NCBI GenBank assembly: GCA_035084275.1
Contig: CM068749.1
Location: forward strand, 17,298,001-17,362,000
Length of the DNA stretch: 64,000 nucleotides
Direction: 5' to 3'
DNA from: Hydrolagus colliei
Taxonomy: Eukaryota
In this document: positions 58,101 through 64,000 of the stretch, piece after piece
Position numbering within the stretch: the first letter of the stretch is position 1
Layout of the letters: each line of letters begins with the position of its first letter
Notes under the pieces: model-generated
Told to the model about the DNA's origin: nothing
Seen by the model: the letters and a program-made list of their open reading frames with translations, nothing else
Databases searched by the model: none
Made by a program: the position numbers and the translations under genes

Positions 58101-61100
58101 TCTGCTGAATTCTTATTCAAAATAATCTCAGTCAAACCGTAGAACTATTATGTCATCATACCAATACAACTTGTAACTACCTATTTATATACAGTACTAT
58201 GTTCATATATATTAACTAGCTCAAATACAAAGATTTCCCTATTGCTGGTCAAACCTTGATCAGTTAATTATTGTGTACCAGAACTAGTTATATGCCACCA
58301 TTAAAATTAGGTGAATTCAATTTGCATTTCTAAAACCCCCAGTGAGAATACTGAAGTCAGAAACTAGCATGAACATCAGCCATTTTATTGTCTCAGCCTC
58401 TTTACAATTCAGTTTCTTCTTCTTGAATGATATTCTCAGAGGCGGAGTGAATGGGTTGGATTAAAGTAAGGAAGACTATGGCAGTTTAACCCATTTCTTG
58501 GCAGACCTACTTTATTCAAAGCATGTGAAGAAGTCTGCATAACCAAATAAGATGTTAAAGGCAATGCAGAGGAAGACAAACATTTTCAGAGTTTGCAAAA
58601 GTCCACATTGTACTGTTTACTGCAATTAAATAATTAAGTACACCTCAACTCATTCTTTTTCGTTTCACTGAATGCTACAATAGTGTATTTGGCATGCTTC
58701 AGTTCCAAACCAATTCCAGCCTATAATGTATTGTGCATCCAGGTTTCATACATATAAGGACACATATAAATGAGTCTAAATATTGTTCTATATCAATGTA
58801 TTAATTTGCCTAACATTGCACTAATATGTACTTGCAGTCAAATGTAATCTACCAACAACTGACAGTACCCTGCATTTCTAAAGGATGTGAATAATTTTAT
58901 GAAATCACGATATGTTAGCACATTTATATTTTATTTATTCCTGCTGAAAACTATTGAATTTTTAATGTTAAAAAAATCCTCATGTTTAATTATTCACGAG
59001 TGAGACAATGCAGCAGTACACCACTTTTGCATATGGTTCGCCTACCGAGAGTTGGGTCAAGGAGTTATTTTTCACTCTTTGTCACTGTAGGTTCAAGCTA
59101 CTTTATTATCCATTTAAAACTATCAGATAAACCAGAATTTCACTATTGCTGTAGGCTAGCAGTCAGTTTTCTCAGCTACTAAATGTTATTAAACTACAAT
59201 AAAGTTTAAGAATAGGTGAACAAATTATGCAATAAAATGACAAAATTCAACATGCTGATATTGTGAAACTACTGCTTTTTTTGGATGATAGGACATAAAG
59301 CAGATCAAGTGGAACTGGTAAACCCAATTATCAAACTGTGTGAAATTTACACCAACAATAAAGTGAAATGCCTAATTATACCAATGTATGAAATAAATAT
59401 TTTTCACATCTAGAAGACATGAAAAGCGCTATATCAAATGCACGGATTATAAATACACATCGTAATTTAACCTGCACAAAACTCCATACCCACAGACTCC
59501 ACTGGCTTCCTATAACAGAATTACGAGTTTCAAGATCTTTACCCTTATGTACAAATCATGCCCTAGCAGCACCCTACCTCTCCGACCTGCTTACACTCCA
59601 CTACCCACCAACTTCACTCAGTTAACTCTGGCCTCCTGCATATCTCTCGTCCCCATTGGTGGTCATACTTCCAACTTATGCCCTGAAACCATGGAGCTCT
59701 CTGCCCCATTCCCTTCACCTTATTACCTCCTTCCTAGTCTTCGACCGTGCTTGTGGTCACCTCCCCCCACCATCAAGCTCTGCTGCTGTTAAGCACTCTT
59801 GAGATGCTACCCATATGAAGGGTGCTATATAAATTCAAGTACAGTAGTTGTTCTTTTTAATTCTCTTCTATCCACTCCACCCAAAAAGTAACTAAGTGTA
59901 TTTTTGTAATCACAGGATAGTAGATTCACAATGCTGGTTACAGGTAATTCACTCAATATAATCCTGCTGCATTTCTTAAAAATGGCATACATTCACCAGT
60001 ACAATATGCAAGACAACACTGCACATGTCTATTCACACTCCTCCAGCAAATATTGTGAAGTTATAAATCAGTAATTCACTCAAGGGAAAGTGAACTTTAA
60101 AATTTCAGATTAAATATTAATGGTATCATTTAAATAATTAAACTGCTGATTCACAAAATATGCCCTCTTCCAAGTGGATAGTTTCAGCTGGAATTATATT
60201 GAGGGTTACTGAATAAATTGGGCATTTCACTAGTATCTCGGAAGATGGATGCATAAGCAGAGGTGTTGACAAGACTCTTTCTGTTGTTCCCACACTTAGC
60301 TGCAATATGTTGCAAACTTTTTAAGAGTGCTTTCATGAAAATATAGTTGAATTAAACTTGGACTAACTGCATCACTGCAATATAAATCAAAATTACTTAA
60401 CAAGTTCAAGCCAACCCATTATAATGTAGCGTTTTGGGTCCATAATGTGATATCATGTCATAATAGGACACTAAAAGCTGCTGCTAATGTTACTTTCTAT
60501 GCATAGTGTGGTCTAGAGAAGTGCAGTACAATGGGGTTGGACTGCAATAATTCCTGAGCAAATAATTTAATTCAGTATTATTCATAAGTTATTAAACCTT
60601 ACAAAACTAAATTATTTCACTCAGATACTGATTTCCAAGTCATTATTTCAGAAGCAATACAGCCACCTGATTTGAATACCTAAGAACACAAAGATTCAAA
60701 ATTAAAAGTTACTCTGAAGAAGCCTGTAAAGAATGTAACCAAACAGAAGTATAACCTTTACTGAGCATTTCACTGATCATAGATTCAAACAAAAGACAGA
60801 TGCTTTACATTCTACAAAATTCCTAACTTCAAATCCACTTCAAACCAGATACAGGTAAGCCTCGATTTGCGACGCTTCTATTTAGGACATTTCGATTGAA
60901 GGACCATCATTTTTTAAACACATTTTGATCGATATACGACACTTAGATTTGTTTTACGGACCTCAAATTTTTTTTACGCATACACAGTACATATTTTCTA
61001 AATCACGGTCACATTTTCGCTCTTCCTTTTTGTCCATACACACAGTCCATAGTGTATTCCTGGGTAAATCGTACTCACACCTGATATAGTGAGTGTATCG

Positions 61101-63712
61101 AAGCGTTTGAACTGGCCAACAGCATGTCACTACATCATTCTTTACAAGCCAGCTGATTTTGAAGTGTCATCGCCCCGCGTCAGTATTACAGTAATTTCCT
61201 AACATTCACGAGCAACTTCGAGCGATTTACAGCCTCTATCATGTGCCTACCATGTCAGGGAAGAGACAGCAGTAAGTGAAATAAGCAGTGGTAATACCGC
61301 TGGCGGCCAGAAATCCCGCAAAGTCATCACTTTAAATACCAAATTGGAGGTGATAAAGCACAGCGATTCTGGTGAAAAGGGTACGGACGTTGGAGGGCTT
61401 TAGGGCTAGCTAGATCGACAGGGGCTACTATAAAACAGAATAAGGACAATATACTGGCACAGTGTGTTACAGTACAGATGCAAGCAGATTAGCTAAACAG
61501 GTGTGATGTGATGGAAAATATGGAAAGAATGCTGAGTGTCTGGATTGAGAATCAGAACCAGTGAAATATACCACTTAACGCCCTGGTTATCCAAGAGAAG
61601 GCAAAATCATTGTTTAGGGAGTTAAATGATCAGGAAGGAGAAGGCTCAACGGCACTATCTTTCAGTGCTAGCAGAGGATGGTTTCAAAGGTTTAAAAGAC
61701 AACATGGGCTTCACAACATCAAGCTGAGTGGGGAAGCTGCAAGTATTGACACTGTTGCTGTACAAGAATATCCTACTGAGTTATTTAATGGGTTTAAGGT
61801 CCGAAAAATTTGTGAAAAGAACGCAAACTTTGTGAAAAAATCGCATGGGAAATCACGTTTCGATTTAGGACGTTTCGATATACCTACAGTTTTTCAGGAA
61901 CGCAACCTCGTCGTAAATAGAGGTTTACCTGTACACCAGAAACAGAACCAAAGGAGCAGCAAATTGTTGTCACTGAGAAATTTATGAATGAGCCAACTGT
62001 CACAAAAAGAAAGATAGCTCCCCTAATGGTTGAGTTGGTAAAGGCAAGGAATCAATCACATGGACCAGAAAATGCAGGTATAAATCTTGTACTCAGGGAA
62101 AAAACACTAGAATTGACTTTTGCGTAACATGTAAAGGAGAGAAAATTCAGACATGGTTTATTTTCCTGTGTTGTCCAATGTCAAAAGATATATATTTCAT
62201 CATAAAGAATACTTTGAGTGCAGACGCGAGTATATAAATTATTGAGGACTATTCATTTTCAGCAGTAATTATCACATGCATCTCAGAACGATTAAGATGA
62301 TGACAAATAGTGTAAGTGCAATTCTATTACCAACTGTCTATCAAGTGAATCTCCATCTTTGATGCTAACTCTGATGTTAACTTTGATGCTAACCCACTAA
62401 CTCTTTCCCCTCTCCCACTCTCCTTCCCCCTATCCCGATTCTACCCCGCCCCCTCCCCCCCCCCCCCCTCCCCCACCGCCGCTCGGGTCCCGACCTGACT
62501 GTTCAGTGCTTTGGGACATCCTCCCGACGTGAAAGGCGCTATATAAGTGCAATTTTGTTGTTGTTGTTGATGCTCCAAACAACACATCTCAAGCAGCTCT
62601 TCAAAGATATTCCAGGAACAAATACCACAAACCTTTCTTTTCAGACGGATAATTACAATTTTTACCTAACATAACTAAAGAATTGGGATTCTCTTGCTCT
62701 ATAATGCATGGCAGGCGCATAATACAACCATACCTTTTTAGTTTCTAGCTGGGCATCCTCTTGGCAGCACTGCCTGCAGTATGGGTCCAGCTGATTCAAA
62801 CTGAACTGACCAAGCAGATCACAAGAACTGCAAAGCAAGTTACTAGAAAAGCCGATTTCTCGACAGGCTTCAGATGAAAAATCTGCCCCATATGCAGCTA
62901 TCTGAAATAGAGAGAATGTTTATTATAAATCTATTATAAAGTGATATTATAATGTACATATCAGTGAGTTAAACACACTCACTATTAGATTTTCTTTTTG
63001 AAACAAAGTTGTAAGTTGAGATGGGCAGTTACAATGCAAGAGGAAATTTATTTTTAACCAATTAACAACAAATCTATACCAGCAAGTATGTAGCTACTAC
63101 ACGGTGTTGACAAACATCCACAAGTTCAAATATTATGGGATGAAGTTTTGGCCACAGAAAAAACATAAAATTCTAAAAGCTTCACTTTACATAGCCATAG
63201 ATCTTAATTAATGCTAACAATTGTTAGATTCAGCCAACTTCTAACAAAGTAGCTGTTTTTGAAGATTGTTTTATCTTACTCGTACAGTGAGACAAAAATA
63301 CAGGTAATACTGTACAAAAACTGGCAAAATTTTGAAAGTCACTTGTGCATTGGAGAGGAAGCATCGTAACACACTGAATAGTCACAAGCCAGTTAAGATA
63401 AACCAAATTGCATTTTCATACAAGAAACGCATCCGATTAATTCCTTCTCTGGGAACTGAAGGATGTGATTAGAGTACAAGCTACAGGCCACGTCATGCAA
63501 ACCAAAGGCCGGTGGCGGAGGGGGGGGGAGCCGCGTTTCTCGTCCTTCAAAGTCTTCGTCCTTCCCTGAGGGAACCGCGGACTAACCGACACCCACTCGC
63601 TAATGTTTCACCTCACCGAAAAGAAGGAGAAAGAAGAGGAATGGGAATCTGTTCAATAAATTACCGCATTTAAAAAGGGCAAGAGCCACAGCAAGTAAAC
63701 CTCCACCGCCAT
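45996..63712 (-). CDS. SELENOF: Selenoprotein F (Sep15), 153 aa; complement join 63712-63665,62901-62734,52812-52749,48897-48848,46127-45996; Sec codon TGA at 52779-52777
   Basis: MAVEVYLLWLLPFLNA signal peptide; Cys-rich domain (EACREIGFSSNLLCSSCDLL...CRQCCQE); LEVCGUKLGRFPQVQAFVRSDKP; KYVRGSDPVLKLLDD...WNTDSVEEFLSEKLERL*; SECIS present. Confidence 0.97.
46350..46597 (+). mobile_element. L2 3' fragment
   Basis: cccaccacca.tggcggtcaggcattcagc...gatgtgaaaggcgct..aaatgtaatttgttgttg. Confidence 0.75.
48848..48897 (-). CDS. SELENOF: SELENOF exon 4
   Basis: AFVRSDKPKMFKGLQIK; 50 nt; AG/GT boundaries. Confidence 0.95.
48938..49320. mobile_element. Inverted pair of SINE fragments (+ head 48938-49045; - copy about 49125-49320)
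   Basis: gtagcttagtggttagagc..ttgcaagcgagagacctggg..gtttccttactccacac, and its reverse complement at 49240-49315. Confidence 0.8.
49968..51877 (-). mobile_element. hAT DNA transposon, internally deleted, with a BED-finger transposase remnant
   Basis: TIRs TAGGGAACGGCGAT / ATCGCCGTTCCCTA; perfect 8-bp TSD GTCACAAC; ORF 51502-51065 (RSPVWDYF...CTVCK...STSNL..HHP, then ESLPMAIVETLGFKQLL). Confidence 0.93.
50250..50770. repeat. CT-rich polypyrimidine minisatellite inside the hAT element
   Basis: Repeating ctctccttctctccctcc(tttcccc) units. Confidence 0.95.
51935..52416 (+). mobile_element. L2 3' fragment, well preserved
   Basis: [45 protein letters not shown] plus tail (TTG)n. Confidence 0.9.
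52592..52663. repeat. Perfect 34-bp inverted repeat with 4-nt spacer
   Basis: AACAAATTTTTTAAAATTCTGAACTTACTCTACT-atac-AGTAGAGTAAGTTCAGAATTTTAAAAAATTTGTT. Confidence 0.95.
52749..52812 (-). CDS. SELENOF: SELENOF exon 3 (contains Sec)
   Basis: LYPGAVLEVCG-UGA-KLGRFPQVQ; 64 nt. Confidence 0.96.
54381..55709 (+). mobile_element. Non-autonomous hAT element related to 49968-51877, in opposite orientation
   Basis: Same TIRs TAGGGAACGGCGATAT; perfect 8-bp TSD CTGTACAG; its right end is the reverse complement of the left end of the first element. Confidence 0.92.
54624..55530. repeat. G-rich minisatellite (GAGAGACGGCTG(G)nAGAGGGG) inside the hAT element
   Basis: More than 20 degenerate units with G-runs. 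Confidence 0.95.
55715..57110 (+). mobile_element. Tigger/pogo DNA transposon remnant
   Basis: TA-CAGTAGACCCCGCTTA 5' end; FAASNGWLDRF; EGGYTPQQIFNFDATGLNWKKLPEKTYIS; C-terminal YQELYEEKKK..RQSSIDSFFK; 3' TIR not found. Confidence 0.85.
59485..59855 (+). mobile_element. Degraded L2 3' fragment
   Basis: HRLHWLPITE...APYLSDLL plus degraded tail. Confidence 0.7.
60852..61931 (+). mobile_element. Internally deleted Tigger/pogo element
   Basis: 22-bp TIRs CAGGTAAGCCTCGATTTGCGAC / GTCGTAAATAGAGGTTTACCTG; TA TSDs; CENP-B-type HTH remnants (RKVITLNTKLEVIK; IQEKAKSLF..FSASRGWFQRFKRQHGLHNIKLSGEAAS). Confidence 0.9.
62400..62570 (+). mobile_element. L2 3' UTR/tail fragment
   Basis: gggtcccgacctgactgttcagtgctttgggacatcctcccgacgtgaaaggcgctatataagtgcaatt(ttg)n. 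Confidence 0.85.
62734..62901 (-). CDS. SELENOF: SELENOF exon 2
   Basis: IAAYGADFSSEACREIGFSSNLLCSSCDLLGQF...ETKK; 168 nt. Confidence 0.96.
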
Positions 63713-64000
63713 CTTGAACCGCCGAGGACCCACACCGGTTCGAATCAGGCAGTGGGACATACCTCTCCGACGGCTTCAAACCAAACCCATGTAGCTCGCT
63801 TCTATGTGTTAATCGAATTAACAAAAATAATAAACACTAGATGGAGGATTTAATTATTTCGCCGTCTCGTTTTCACTCGACGATGACCCAACGGGGGGAG
63901 GAGGGGGAGGCTGTTTTCTTTTGTCAGGCGAATGATATGGACCACTCATCCCTGTCGAGAAGGGAAGAGAAGCCCGCGCACGGGGGGCGGCAGTTAGTCG
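63480..64000. promoter_or_regulatory. SELENOF: CpG-rich SELENOF promoter/first exon region (probably bidirectional with HS2ST1)
   Basis: CpG enrichment; GC box near 63984; YY1 motif CCGCCATCTT at 63706-63715. HS2ST1 is inferred from synteny only. Confidence 0.65.
63665..63712 (-). CDS. SELENOF: SELENOF exon 1 coding part
   Basis: aagATGG Kozak context; MAVEVYLLWLLPFLNA; donor gtaatt. Confidence 0.92.

Overview
This is eukaryotic, vertebrate genomic DNA. The SINE/L2 repertoire and gene sequences suggest a cartilaginous fish (inference). There are three spliced genes in the same order as human 1p22: (1) the 3' ten exons of a CLCA-family gene (+, 535-10973), followed by a head-to-tail tandem duplication (about 8250-15956 / 15954-27283) whose second copy holds disabled CLCA exons; (2) a complete SH3GLB1/endophilin B1 (+, 28089-41023), including the alternative exon 6S/6L and a 24-nt microexon; (3) a complete SELENOF/Sep15 (-, 63712-45996) with an in-frame UGA selenocysteine codon and a type II SECIS with a GUGA core. 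Introns and intergenic DNA contain L2 LINE fragments, tRNA-headed SINEs sharing the L2 tail, putative solo LTRs, two hAT elements with 8-bp TSDs and two Tigger/pogo elements. The most notable observation is that the intact CLCA copy has lost its transmembrane and cytoplasmic tail through a 627-bp deletion, while the frameshifted duplicate keeps them. Also notable are the inverted hAT elements and a perfect 34-bp hairpin around the Sec-encoding exon, and a template-switch palindrome revealed by comparing the two duplicate copies. All calls come from manual reading; no database searches were run.
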